This document shows positions 20,022-30,364 of a stretch of 64,000 bases of DNA, piece by piece; the first letter of the stretch is position 1, and each line of letters begins with the position of its first letter. Both the position numbers and the translations under genes were made by a program. The stretch spans positions 2,016,001 through 2,080,000 of the forward strand of contig OZ250150.1 of assembly GCA_965237675.1 (NCBI GenBank), read 5' to 3'. The stretch comes from Candidatus Latescibacterota bacterium (lineage in GTDB: Bacteria > Latescibacterota > UBA2968 > GCA-2709665). The notes beneath the pieces are model-generated. The model was not told the DNA's origin. It worked only from the letters and a program-made list of their open reading frames with translations, and did not search any database.

Positions 20022-21962
20022 ATGGATATGTCGTCGCCAATTAAACCCGAGCATACGTACGATCTGATCGACGTATCGGATGTGGATATCGCCGCGAACG
20101 GTTCGGCCCTTGTTTTCGTGCGGCAGGAGATCAACAGAGAGACGATGAAGCGGGAGTCGCGGATCGTAATGCAGTCGCTCGAGGACGGTGCTGCCGTCGA
20201 TGTGGCGAAGGGGCCGGGGGATGGGGCGCCCAGACTCTCGGCAGACGGGAAGACCCTGGCTTTTTTGCGTACGGGAGAGGATGACAAAGGGCAGGTCTGG
20301 GTGATGCAGGTCGATGGCGGGGATGCCAGACAGGTGACGACGCTTCCCGATGGGGTTAAGGATATGGCGTGGTCGCCCGATGGTTCGGAATTTGTCGTTG
20401 TATCACGGGTGGATCCGGATCGCGTGCCAAAAGACCCCGACGAGGAGACGATGCCGAGGACCCGGGTCGCCCGTCGCGTGCGATATCGTGATGATGGAGA
20501 TGGCTGGCGGGGTGACGCCTTTTCGCAGTTGTTTCTGGTGGATGCCGTGACCGGCCAGACGGAGCAGATTACGGATGGGGAGGGCAATCACGAGGCGCCG
20601 GCGTGGTCTCCCGACGGAAGCCGAATTGCATTTGTGACCGACAGCGTTAAGGAGCGCGATTTCGTGCGGGGTTCAGAGGCCCATGTGATGGAAAAGGCCG
20701 GTGGGACGTCGCGTTGCTGGTCGCGGGGACTGAGCCGTGCGGAGTCCGTGGCGTGGTCGCCGGATGGAAAGCGGCTGGCGGCTGCGGGTTCTCGCCACGC
20801 GGACGTCTGGGATTCAAGGCAATCGTGGCTGTTTGTGCTCGAGGAAGCCGGGAAGCCGGTGTGCGTGGCGGGTGATGTCCATACTGTTGTGCAGCCTCTT
20901 GCATCGCGGTGCTGGACGCCGAAGGGCGGGATATTGTTCATCGGTGACAGAGCGGGTGAGTCGTTCTTGTGCCGGGCGAATTTCGATGGGTCTGCCCCAC
21001 GGATCCAAGTTGTGGATGGCGGTGGCCAGGAATTTACGGGTTTGTCGGTCGATCGCACCGGCGCGCGTGTCGCGATGGCGATGTCCTCCCCCGCCTGTCC
21101 GTGCGATGTGGCGGTGCTGGAGGTGGGCGCGAAGCGTCAACGCGTGGTGACGGCTGCGAACGCCGGGCTCCTGGAGGCTTACCCCGGTGCGCGCGTGGAG
21201 AAGCTGATGTTCGAGCGGGGTGGCGAGAGGATTCAGGCGCGGGTGCTGTTTCCCAGGGATTTTGACAATGCGAGGTCATATCCGCTGGTGCTGGATATTC
21301 ACGGGGGACCGAACGGGCGTTTCTCGGATTCGTACGATGTCACGCATCAGATTCTGGCTGGCGCGGGGTATATCGTGCTGGCTGCGAATCCAAGGGGGTC
21401 GTCGTCGTACGGGCCGGATTTTCTGAAGGCGGTGCTGGGGGATTGGGGCGGGGAAGATTTCCTGGATCTGATGGCGGGCGTCGACCTGCTGTGTGAACGG
21501 CCCTACGTGGATTCGGACCGGTTGGGGGTTCACGGATACAGCTACGGCGGTTTTATGAGCAGCTGGATCGTCGGTCACGACCATCGGTTCAAGGCGGCAG
21601 TGATCGGTGCTCCGTGCATCAATTTGCACAGTATGTACGGGACGTCGGATATCGGGGTGTCGTTCGGAGAGAATCAGTGGGGTGGCTCGGTTCTGGAGAA
21701 CGTGGAAGCGCTTGTGAAACGGTCGCCGCTGACGTTTGCATCAGAGGTGCGTACGCCGGTGTTGCTGATGCACGGCGAGGAGGACTACCGCTGTCCGATC
21801 GAGCAGGCCGAGCAGTTTTTTGTCGCGCTGAAGCGACAGGGAAAGACCGTGGAGTTTGTGCGCTTTCCGAAGTCGTCCCACGGGTTCAGGAGGAGCGGAC
21901 ACCCGGCGCTGCACGTGGAATATCTCCAAAGGATGTTGTCGTGGTTGGAGAAGTACGTGTAG
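20022..21962 (+). CDS. S9 family (acylaminoacyl/dipeptidyl) peptidase
   Basis: WSPDG propeller repeats, IHGGP, GYSYGG nucleophile, HGEED, SSHG. Confidence 0.92.
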   Translation: MDMSSPIKPEHTYDLIDVSDVDIAANGSALVFVRQEINRETMKRESRIVMQSLEDGAAVDVAKGPGDGAPRLSADGKTLAFLRTGEDDKGQVWVMQVDGGDARQVTTLPDGVKDMAWSPDGSEFVVVSRVDPDRVPKDPDEETMPRTRVARRVRYRDDGDGWRGDAFSQLFLVDAVTGQTEQITDGEGNHEAPAWSPDGSRIAFVTDSVKERDFVRGSEAHVMEKAGGTSRCWSRGLSRAESVAWSPDGKRLAAAGSRHADVWDSRQSWLFVLEEAGKPVCVAGDVHTVVQPLASRCWTPKGGILFIGDRAGESFLCRANFDGSAPRIQVVDGGGQEFTGLSVDRTGARVAMAMSSPACPCDVAVLEVGAKRQRVVTAANAGLLEAYPGARVEKLMFERGGERIQARVLFPRDFDNARSYPLVLDIHGGPNGRFSDSYDVTHQILAGAGYIVLAANPRGSSSYGPDFLKAVLGDWGGEDFLDLMAGVDLLCERPYVDSDRLGVHGYSYGGFMSSWIVGHDHRFKAAVIGAPCINLHSMYGTSDIGVSFGENQWGGSVLENVEALVKRSPLTFASEVRTPVLLMHGEEDYRCPIEQAEQFFVALKRQGKTVEFVRFPKSSHGFRRSGHPALHVEYLQRMLSWLEKYV

Positions 21963-22216
21963 CTGAATGGGAACCCGGGCATTGTTACTTGAGGTAATGA
22001 CCGTGAATCAGAAATCGCAAAGTACGCATTTTTCAGCGTGGGCCGTGGATTACATCTGGCATTTCTGGATGGAACACTTCATCATTTGCCGAAAATGAAT
22101 GCCGGGGCGGTGGTGTTTCATCAGCGCGCTTGCGTGGAGGTCCACCTGGAGGGAGATACGTTTGTAGAAATCGTGGCGATCGCCGCGAAATAGGTGGCAT
22201 ATATGGTATACGAAAA

Positions 22217-23041
22217 ATGAGTGAAAGCAAGGTCGTTGAAAGAACCGAAACGCCTGCGACGATTGAATCGTTGCAGAAGGATCTCCGCGCGCTTGGCGTC
22301 AGACCGGGGATGGTCGTGTTGGCGCATTCATCCTTGAGCGCGACGGGATGGGTGTGCGGAGGAGCAGTAGCAGTAGTTACTGCTCTTCAGAGAGTCCTGG
22401 GATCGACCGGAACGCTCGTGATGCCTGCGCACTCGTCCGGTCTGAGTGAGCCGAGCAAGTGGGAAAGTCCGCCTGTGCCCGAGTCGTGGTGGCCGGTCAT
22501 ACGGGAGAACATGCCGGCCTATGATCCATCGGTTACGCCAACTCATTATATGGGCATTATCGCGGAGACATTCCGCAAGCAGAGAGGGGTTCTCCGCAGT
22601 TCACACCCGCAGGTCTCGTTTTGTGCGTGTGGGCCTCATGCATCGCATATTGTGAATGATCATTCATTGGCTTTCGGCCTGGGCGAGCATTCGCCGCTTG
22701 CGAGAATCTACGATTCGCACGGTTTTGTCCTTCTTCTTGGTGTGAGTCATAATGTGAATACATCCATGCACCTTGCGGAATACCGGGCGAATTTTCCAAC
22801 CAGGCGCATTGTGCAGGAGGGCGCTCCGATCTCTGCGTCGGGTTTAAGGAAATGGACTGCCTTTGAAGAAGTCGAACCGGATAGTTCGGATTTCGATCGC
22901 ATAGGTGAGGATTTTCTGGGGTCGGACACAGGGAAAATGGTGCGTGAGGGCAAGGTTGGTCTGGCGAGTTGCCAACTTATGCCGCAGCGCGATGTTTTGG
23001 ATTTCGCAGTCGGCTGGCTGGAGGAGAATAGACAGAAATGA
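22217..23041 (+). CDS. AAC(3)/YokD family N-acetyltransferase
   Basis: LAHSSLS, GTLVMPAHS, RSSHPQVSF, NTSMHLAE. Confidence 0.9.
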   Translation: MSESKVVERTETPATIESLQKDLRALGVRPGMVVLAHSSLSATGWVCGGAVAVVTALQRVLGSTGTLVMPAHSSGLSEPSKWESPPVPESWWPVIRENMPAYDPSVTPTHYMGIIAETFRKQRGVLRSSHPQVSFCACGPHASHIVNDHSLAFGLGEHSPLARIYDSHGFVLLLGVSHNVNTSMHLAEYRANFPTRRIVQEGAPISASGLRKWTAFEEVEPDSSDFDRIGEDFLGSDTGKMVREGKVGLASCQLMPQRDVLDFAVGWLEENRQK

Positions 23042-23310
23042 AACAGGTCGAACGAGACGTGGGCCGAGAGATTCTCGAAGGGCTTCGGGAACTCAAGCGC
23101 GGCGAACATGGCCGGGTAATCAATGTGCCGGATATCATCCGGATCCGGAAACAAGCCGGTCTGTCACAGGTTCACTTCGCCGAATTGCTGGGCGTATCGG
23201 TTCGAACACTGCAGGATTGGGAACAGGCGCGTCGTCGTCCATCGGGGGCCGCCCGTACACTGCTGCTGATCGCGGCCAGGAATCTTCAGGCGGTATTGGA
23301 CGTGGCGTAA
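23038..23310 (+). CDS. XRE HTH protein (antitoxin-like, no adjacent toxin)
   Basis: GLSQVHFAELLGVSVRTLQDWEQARRRPSGAARTLL. Confidence 0.82.
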   Translation: MKQVERDVGREILEGLRELKRGEHGRVINVPDIIRIRKQAGLSQVHFAELLGVSVRTLQDWEQARRRPSGAARTLLLIAARNLQAVLDVA

Positions 23311-23542
23311 GGAGACGTAGCCTCGAAGAAGACGCCCGGAACGGTCGCGTGGCAAACTTCGCAGCTCGAAGACACGCGCTGGAAGCCATAACGGGACACC
23401 AGTTGGCGGAGAGACCCCCCTTTGTACACGGAGACTCCCCCCATACGGACGCGCGGCGCGCTACGCGAGTGGACCTCGCACAGCGATGGGAGGAGTGGCT
23501 CAGCGAAACCCGGCCGGAAGGGCGGGTTTAATCAAAAGGGCG

Positions 23543-24634
23543 TCATTCGATCACCACCAGCACGGCCTCTCCCTTCAAGAGCTCGCTGACCATGGTGATG
23601 TGGGTGCCGTCTGCGCTCAGGCTTACCGTATAGTCCTTTCCTTTTTTCAGCTTACCGGAACGGCCGATCAACTCCTTCAGCTTCTGTCCGGGGTGCAGGG
23701 TCAGACGCTCGCCGACGGCGAGGACATTGACCTTGTAATCTTCGTGTCCGGGTTTCTGGACCAGTTTGTATCCCTTGCGGAAGAAGCGCCAGCCTGTCTC
23801 CAGGAATCCGTCGGCCTTGAGACGATCCTCCGTGCCCACCACTACGCGCACCGCGTTCCTGGCCTGGTCGAGTTTCGCCTGTGTTCTTTCGATATTCCTG
23901 CCGGCCGCATCCAGATCCTGTGTCAGCTTCAAGGTGACGTCTCTCTGTTCGCGCAGGGCGGCGGTGAGGCTGTCCGACTCGGTGATAAGCCGGTCGATTT
24001 TTGCCGCGTCGACCTCCTTCTCCTCCTGTAGCTGGCTGATTGCTTTCTGCAGCTCTTCGTTCTTGCGACGGCGTTGCGCGGCTATGGAACGGTATTTTTT
24101 GACCTCCTTCTGGAGTTGCTGGTTTTTCTCATGCAAGAGCATTTCGAACTTGGTGAGGCTGTCGAGTTGAGACTTCAGAGTAACGAGTTCGGCCTGAGAA
24201 CTGCCTACCTCGTCTTCGAGCGAGTCGATGCTGGCTTCTTTCTGGTGCGCCAGGCATGGCGCGAAGTGCCGGTGCAAGGTATCGGTGCTTTGAACCGGTA
24301 AGGGAAACCGAACCGGGAAGTGACTGGGAGGGTGAGAGTCCCTCCAGAGGCCGTGGTGACCGGAACCGGGGAGGCAGCGGCGGCACCGCGAGGGTCCCGG
24401 AACCCGGGCATCAAACGGACACGGCGCGCAACGGGAAAACCGATTGGCAGGCAGCCACACCGATGCCTGAATGGCTTGGCTTGAACCGCCGGATACTGGA
24501 CGCTGGAGATGTTCTGCATTCAGCCCGTCCGGATCTATCCGAACGTGGAAATCTGCCAGATTTACTACCATACTCTGGAAGGGGACTTCGAGACCTACGA
24601 AGGTGGAAAATACCAGAACAACAAGGGCATTCAA
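23543..24634 (-). CDS. Hypothetical coiled-coil protein; N-terminal third doubtful
   Basis: Heptad-rich segment from about 24240 downward plus a globular C-terminus; upstream part has non-protein-like composition. Confidence 0.45.
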   Translation of the reverse strand: MNALVVLVFSTFVGLEVPFQSMVVNLADFHVRIDPDGLNAEHLQRPVSGGSSQAIQASVWLPANRFSRCAPCPFDARVPGPSRCRRCLPGSGHHGLWRDSHPPSHFPVRFPLPVQSTDTLHRHFAPCLAHQKEASIDSLEDEVGSSQAELVTLKSQLDSLTKFEMLLHEKNQQLQKEVKKYRSIAAQRRRKNEELQKAISQLQEEKEVDAAKIDRLITESDSLTAALREQRDVTLKLTQDLDAAGRNIERTQAKLDQARNAVRVVVGTEDRLKADGFLETGWRFFRKGYKLVQKPGHEDYKVNVLAVGERLTLHPGQKLKELIGRSGKLKKGKDYTVSLSADGTHITMVSELLKGEAVLVVIE

Positions 24635-24755
24635 CCCAGTCGCATGTATCTCGACTTCATCTGATGTATTTTTCAGGCTGAGGCGACGGGATGTGCGTAA
24701 CCGGGACGGCCGAATAGCTGGGGTTTGTTCGATATTTCAAGGATGGGATGTGATC

Positions 24756-25195
24756 GTGTTCACGATCGGTGTTTTCGGCATCATCACCGATGACAAGGAC
24801 CGCGTCCTGCTGTGTCACCGGCGTGACTTCGATCTGTGGAATTTGCCCGGTGGCGGCGTTGAGGCTGGCGAGAGTCCGTGTGGGATGCGCTCGTGCGGGA
24901 GATAGAAGAAGAAACGGGCTTGAAAGCGGTGCCAGTCAATCTCAGCGGCGTTTACAGCAAACCGAATAAGAACGAGATTGTATTGTCATTCTTTTGCCAG
25001 GTTACAGGAGGTGCGATCCAACTTACCGATGAGGCGGATCGGATCGAATACTTTAACCTGGATCGTATCCCGAGCAACACCTCCCCAAAGCAGGTTGAGC
25101 GCATCAAGGATTACTTTTCGGATAAGACAAGGACACATTACAAGGTACAAACTGGTCCTTCTGCTATTGAACTGATCAATCAGGGAAAGATGTGA
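24756..25195 (+). pseudogene. NUDIX hydrolase with frameshift inside the Nudix box
   Basis: WNLPGGGVEAGESP and WDALVREIEEETGL are in different frames, joined by an extra TG in GTGTG at 24878-24882. Confidence 0.82.
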
Positions 25196-25255
25196 GCAGA
25201 ACGCCCATTGCCCGGCATCGGGTCACTGCGGCGCGTCTCACCGGTCGACGATGAA

Positions 25256-25864
25256 ATGTCAGACATTCTGATCATTGGCGTTGCGATTATCCTGAGAGAG
25301 AAGAATGGCTTTCTCTTTGAACTCCAGAAGCCAGCGAAATGGAAGCGTAGGCGAGGCGGGGTCCTGGAGATCGGCATGAGCTGCATCGGCGGAACGGTGG
25401 AGGAAGGGGAGTCCCTCGAGGACGCCCTGCAGAGGGAGGCGATGGAAGAAATCGGCTGCCGGATCGCGTTCGATGGATCAACGCATCCCTTCTCGATGGA
25501 TCCGGGCGGCAGGATATCGCCGCTTCAGCCACGGAGCGTTCCGGATGGCGTGCAATTTGTGTGGGAAGGAAACGACCCGGGATATGTCCCGGGTGCGAAG
25601 GTGGCGGTGTACGTTGGCCATTCGATCGGGCGGGCGGAGCCTGGCGATCTTTCCGGCATTGTGAAGCTGGAGCCGGATCTTTTCTATGAACTTGCCACAC
25701 AGTCTCACACCATTGAGAGTCTGGAGCAGCGAGGCGGGAGCCTCCAGGAGCGGCGCAGAGTCCCACGGTTCGCGCACGTAAGACCAGTGGGAACGGCCGC
25801 CTGGCTTCTGGAACTGCGGAGGCGGCACCCTGAGTTGCTGAAACACGTTTTTGGGGAATCCTGA
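25256..25864 (+). CDS. NUDIX domain protein
   Basis: GGTVEEGESLEDALQREAMEEIG Nudix box. Confidence 0.82.
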   Translation: MSDILIIGVAIILREKNGFLFELQKPAKWKRRRGGVLEIGMSCIGGTVEEGESLEDALQREAMEEIGCRIAFDGSTHPFSMDPGGRISPLQPRSVPDGVQFVWEGNDPGYVPGAKVAVYVGHSIGRAEPGDLSGIVKLEPDLFYELATQSHTIESLEQRGGSLQERRRVPRFAHVRPVGTAAWLLELRRRHPELLKHVFGES

Positions 25865-25955
25865 TCCCGGTGTTGCCAACCCCCTTGTAGTACAACATTT
25901 AAACTTGGTCCGGCGCAGAACAGCAAACTCGGATATATCTGAAGATGTTGTATCC

Positions 25956-26130
25956 ATGAACGAAGTACACGAAGCCAACCGCCGGCTATGGAACAATATG
26001 GCCGCGGATTGGGAGGAACGTCTGAATCGCGACGGCCTTTGGCGCAGGTGCCACAGGGAACCCGAGTTGGCATTCGAAGGGGAGACGCTTGACACGATTC
26101 GGGAGATGGTCGGCGCCATGAGCAAGAGCA
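25956..26130 (+). pseudogene. N-terminal fragment of a probable SAM-dependent methyltransferase
   Basis: MNEVHEANRRLWNNMAADW resembles class I MTase N-termini; runs into repeat DNA before motif I. Confidence 0.45.
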
Positions 26131-26175
26131 AGATCCGGATTGTAATCCGTTCAAGCGTCGGATCCCCCATCCCGC

Positions 26176-26251
26176 GTAGGGGCAACCCTTGTGGTTGCCC
26201 TGGATTTCGTGGTGGTGTCTGTCGCTTATCGATGGGGCGGGCGCCCACAAG
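26176..26251. repeat. GTAG-type REP/REPIN, degenerate copy
   Basis: GTAGGGGCAACCCTTGTGGTTGCCCT palindrome plus partial second REP. Confidence 0.7.
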
Positions 26252-26283
26252 TCTTGCCCTCCAGTAGCGACTATTGCGAAAAA

Positions 26284-26709
26284 ATGAAGTCCCATAAATT
26301 TGCAGATTATACATACCCGGAAATCAAAGGCCATATTGGGGACGGGTGCCTGGCGATCGTAACCACGGGTTGCAAGGCTTGCCTTCCATCCCTCCCATAT
26401 CACGACATTTGGTGGCGTGTAGCTGATCCGGGCGTTCCAGGGGGTCACGCCGATAGTTTCACGACCTCGATTGCCATGTATAAGCGCCCGGCCACGGTCA
26501 GACTCGAAAGCATCCCTTCATACGGTTCAAGAGAAGTGAATTGGGATGATCCGCATCTCGATTTCACAGAATACTCAGATACGGGTGTTATCGGTGACGC
26601 GACCAGAGCGAGTGCTGAGTTGGGACGCAGGCTTTGGCATGAGGTCGTCTCCAGCGCGGCAACGACATTCAGGGATGCTATGACAAAGTCTGGATCGGAT
26701 CTGGTTTAA
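26284..26709 (+). pseudogene. Creatininase-family gene with large internal deletion, copy 1
   Basis: Keeps N-terminus, GGHAD and GVIGDAT..SAELG; lacks both the GPHLP.D and NGHGGN-type segments. Confidence 0.68.
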
Positions 26710-26738
26710 TCACAGCATTGTACGACGGGAGAATTCGA

Positions 26739-27347
26739 ATGAGTACATGGCGCGAATTGACCTTCCCGACCAGAACATTTGAGGACGCAATGCTCGTTAT
26801 CGAAGATGATCGCGCGAAAATCCTCGCCGATCCACTTCGCTGGCGGATTCTCGAAATCCTTGGAAACGGGAAGACTGTGGCGGAAATTTCGCAGGCGTTG
26901 GACGTTACCGATGCCAGGGTGCTGTACCACTTGAAACGACTGGCGCAAACAGGTGTCGCGCATTTGGAGGAAGATGATGCAGATCACCGGGAATGGCGTT
27001 GTGTGCCTGCGGCAGCGAAAATTCGCGTTCGGGAGACGCTGTCGGCGAATGACCAAATTGCTGAGGCGATGCCGACGGATGTTGTAAGCCAGTTCAATCA
27101 GGCATTTCGCGAAGCTGCCGAGGGCATATATGGCTCGAGATTCCAGATGTCAGTCAATCACAACCGCGCGCGACTTTCTGAAGATCAGGCATCCGAATTT
27201 GGCCGTCGATTATTGGCGCTTATTGAAGAATATTTCCCTCCGGGAAGAGGAGATAAATCGGGTATCAAGTACGGTTTCTACGGGATTCTCACGCCGATAG
27301 ACCTACATCCGCTCGAAGAATCTGAAACTGAGACGCTTGAAAATTAG
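26739..27347 (+). CDS. ArsR-like winged-helix transcription regulator
   Basis: LADPLRWRILEILG..KTVAEISQAL......LYHLKRL; GGGAGA RBS. Confidence 0.8.
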   Translation: MSTWRELTFPTRTFEDAMLVIEDDRAKILADPLRWRILEILGNGKTVAEISQALDVTDARVLYHLKRLAQTGVAHLEEDDADHREWRCVPAAAKIRVRETLSANDQIAEAMPTDVVSQFNQAFREAAEGIYGSRFQMSVNHNRARLSEDQASEFGRRLLALIEEYFPPGRGDKSGIKYGFYGILTPIDLHPLEESETETLEN

Positions 27348-27473
27348 AGAGTAATGAAGAGGGCGAATCCCCGTGTGGGATTGCCGATCTGGTTAACGGT
27401 CGCCGAAACAACGACGTAAAAAGGGTTGAATCCGGAGCTTGCGCCTTTCCAGCGTCGGATTCCCCCGTCCCGC

Positions 27474-27562
27474 GTAGGGGCAACCCTTGTGGTTGCCCTG
27501 GGTTTCGTGGCGGCGCCTGGTGTGTCGTTGAGGGGGCGGGCGCCCACAAGGGGCGCCCCTAC
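27474..27562. repeat. GTAG-type REPIN (inverted REP doublet)
   Basis: GTAGGGGCAACCCTTGTGGTTGCCC ... GGGCGCCCACAAGGGGCGCCCCTAC. Confidence 0.78.
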
Positions 27563-27583
27563 AATCAAAACTCATGCGGAAAA

Positions 27584-28054
27584 ATGAAGTCCCACAAGTT
27601 CACAGACTATACATACCTGGAAATTAAGGACCTTATTGCGGCAGGTTGCCTGGCGATCGTACCCACGGGATGCACCGAGCAACAGGGCCCGCATTTGCCG
27701 GTGGATTTCGACACCTGGTTTGCAGAAACCGTTGCCCTGGAGGCCGCAAAGCACGCGTTGCCATATCATGACATTTGGTGCCGTGTAGCCGATTCCGGTG
27801 TTCCCGGTGGTCACGCCGATAGTTTCACAACCTCAATTGCCATGTACAAGCGACCGGCCACAGTCAGACTCGAATGCATCCCTTCGTCCAGTTCAAGAGA
27901 AGTGAATTGGAATGATCCACATCTCGATTTCACGAAATACTCCGATACCGGCGTTATCGGCGATGCGACGAAAGCGAGTGCGGAGTTGGGACGCAGGCTC
28001 TGGGATGAGGTTATATTGACCGCGGCGACGATATTCAGAGATGCACTGGTATAA
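27584..28054 (+). pseudogene. Creatininase-family gene with internal deletion, copy 2
   Basis: AIVPTGCTEQQGPHLPVDFD, GGHAD, GVIGDATKASAELG; only 156 aa, central NGHGGN-type segment absent. Confidence 0.7.
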
Positions 28055-28136
28055 TGGATGATCTGGTTAAATCAGAACCCTAACGATCAGTCGTCCTTAT
28101 GGGTTCCAACTGCAGTAAGCCCCAGGAGAGGCGAAA

Positions 28137-30260
28137 ATGTCGCGACCATTCACTGTCGATGATTTGTTGATCGTCAACCAGTTTACCCATCGTTGTCCGT
28201 GGGATATTTCGCCTGATGGCGGATTGCTCGCTGTAACACTCAGTCGGGGGAAGCGTCGCGTCCCACACGATACCAGTAATAGTAGTCAGGCAAACGGCGC
28301 ATACATTGTCCTGATTGACGTTGAAACAGGTGAGTCCATGGAGCCGTTTTCCGATCTGCAAATGAGCTGGGCAGGGCGATGGTCTCCAGACGGACAAACG
28401 CTTGCCGCATACGTCGTTGGAAAAGATGCTCACGCTTGTGTAGGATTATGGAACAGACACACACGCGAAGCATTTATCGCATCCAACGCTGAGATTCCCA
28501 GGGTTTATCCCTCTCACGTTCCTCAATGGACTCCCGACGGTCGCCGTATCATTGTGCCGCTGATCCCGAATGCCCGTGGCTCTACGACATCCCCTGGCAT
28601 CATTGTGCGATCTTATACTCCGGGAGGACCAGCCTCAGATCAGCATAGCCCACTCGTTGACCAGCCCGATTATGCAAAGTGCGTCGGCGTTTTGGTGGTA
28701 AGCTCAGGCATTGTGACAGAATTTGCGTCCGGTCTTGTATTCACTGTCCCACGTATGGCACCTGATGGACAAGCTGTAGCACTTCTCAATATAATCGCAT
28801 CTCCGGTGGATCGACCCCACACTATTGCCGATGTGATTATCGTCCCATTAGATGGTCGCGATCCCTATACGGTCGCACGGAACGTACCGGTAAACAGTTA
28901 TGCCTGTCGTTTCTCGTGGTCGCCCGATTGCCGGACAATTTCCTATGTCACCGGTGGAAAGTGGGGAGACCCTCAACATCTCCATTGTGTACCGGCGGAC
29001 GGATCAACTGAGCCTGCAATGGTGACGGAATTCACTTCCTCCTTAGGTAACTTTCAAATACCCTGGTGGACTGATGACGGCACGCACGTCATCTTGCTCG
29101 AAAACGGATGTTTGTTTCACCTTGCCATTGAGGACGGTAGGAAACGTGGGCTTATGGATGATTCGACTGGCAATCATCTGAGGATAAATGCGATTGCACA
29201 ACGGCATGGAGAATCAGTCCTTCATACGGATGATCAGGGCAATATTATTGCCCAAGCGACTGACACACGCGATAACTTGAAATATATCGTCCGCATCCAC
29301 TCTGTTTCCGGCGAGATGACCAGAGTTTGTCCCGCGCCGCATTCGAGCCCTGATGAGTTCAATCTGGTCGCATCCGAACGATTCGTCTTTGCGCGCGGCA
29401 GAGTCGATCTTGACGAGGCCGTACATGCCTACCCGCTCGACGGTAGAGAGGTTCGTACGCTTTTAAAGGCCAATCCCTGGCGTCGCATATTGCCGCAGCC
29501 GTCGCCTCGCATAATTGAGTTTCGGGACGGGAATGGCCGTGTGCAGGAAGCGGCGCTTTTCGTTCCCAAAGACACTCTGGAGGGAGACCGACTACCCATG
29601 GTTGTTACCATCTATCCTGGGAGTAATTTTTCAAAGCGCGACAGGTATTACTCGGAAGCGCAGCTACTCACCAGCGCCGGCTATACCGCGCTATATCCAG
29701 ACTCGATTATGGAGGACAATAACCCAATTGATCAAATCGTGCGGGTAACACTACCTGCTGTTAGTCGCGCCATAGAAATGGGTATTGCCGACAAAAATCG
29801 AATCGGTGTTTGGGGGCACAGCTATGGTGCTTATGGTGTCATGGCATTGGTTACGCACACAAAGGCTTTCCGCGCCGCTGTTGCCAATGCACCGTTCGGA
29901 ATCAACATGACCAGCACCTATCTTGCAGATGTAAATGGAATGGGGTGGTGCGAGGGGAAGCAAGCGCGAAATGGCGGAAGCCTTTGGGAGAAACGAGATG
30001 CCTATATTAAGAACTCGCCGCTTTTCGCTTTCGACCAGGTCGAAGCGCCGGTGTTGGTTATATGTGGAACTCACGATGTGCCCGGGTCGGTGGGTGCACG
30101 GGAGGCATACCTCGGTCTCAAACGACTTGGCAAACGAGTGGAAATGCGAGAATATAGGCATGAGGGCCATATTGTGACTGATTGGTCGGCTGACGATACT
30201 AAGGATTATTACAAGAGCGTGCTCAACTGGTTCAATCAATATCTTAATGAGGGGCAATAG
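28137..30260 (+). CDS. S9 prolyl oligopeptidase family protein
   Basis: SPDG/WTPDG propeller repeats, GHSYGA nucleophile, GTHD, EGH. Confidence 0.88.
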   Translation: MSRPFTVDDLLIVNQFTHRCPWDISPDGGLLAVTLSRGKRRVPHDTSNSSQANGAYIVLIDVETGESMEPFSDLQMSWAGRWSPDGQTLAAYVVGKDAHACVGLWNRHTREAFIASNAEIPRVYPSHVPQWTPDGRRIIVPLIPNARGSTTSPGIIVRSYTPGGPASDQHSPLVDQPDYAKCVGVLVVSSGIVTEFASGLVFTVPRMAPDGQAVALLNIIASPVDRPHTIADVIIVPLDGRDPYTVARNVPVNSYACRFSWSPDCRTISYVTGGKWGDPQHLHCVPADGSTEPAMVTEFTSSLGNFQIPWWTDDGTHVILLENGCLFHLAIEDGRKRGLMDDSTGNHLRINAIAQRHGESVLHTDDQGNIIAQATDTRDNLKYIVRIHSVSGEMTRVCPAPHSSPDEFNLVASERFVFARGRVDLDEAVHAYPLDGREVRTLLKANPWRRILPQPSPRIIEFRDGNGRVQEAALFVPKDTLEGDRLPMVVTIYPGSNFSKRDRYYSEAQLLTSAGYTALYPDSIMEDNNPIDQIVRVTLPAVSRAIEMGIADKNRIGVWGHSYGAYGVMALVTHTKAFRAAVANAPFGINMTSTYLADVNGMGWCEGKQARNGGSLWEKRDAYIKNSPLFAFDQVEAPVLVICGTHDVPGSVGAREAYLGLKRLGKRVEMREYRHEGHIVTDWSADDTKDYYKSVLNWFNQYLNEGQ

Positions 30261-30364
30261 CAACTGCCTCGCGAAATTCGGATTCCCGAGTCTGAAAACT
30301 CGATCGGCCACAGTCGGGTGAGCAATGGTCCCTTCCATCTCGATATTTGGAAACACCAATTCCG

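Noticed and set aside
23310-23531. Separate gene in ORF 22905..23531
   Set aside because: Mostly overlaps two real genes; only the last ~60 codons look protein-like and have no start, so at most a remnant.
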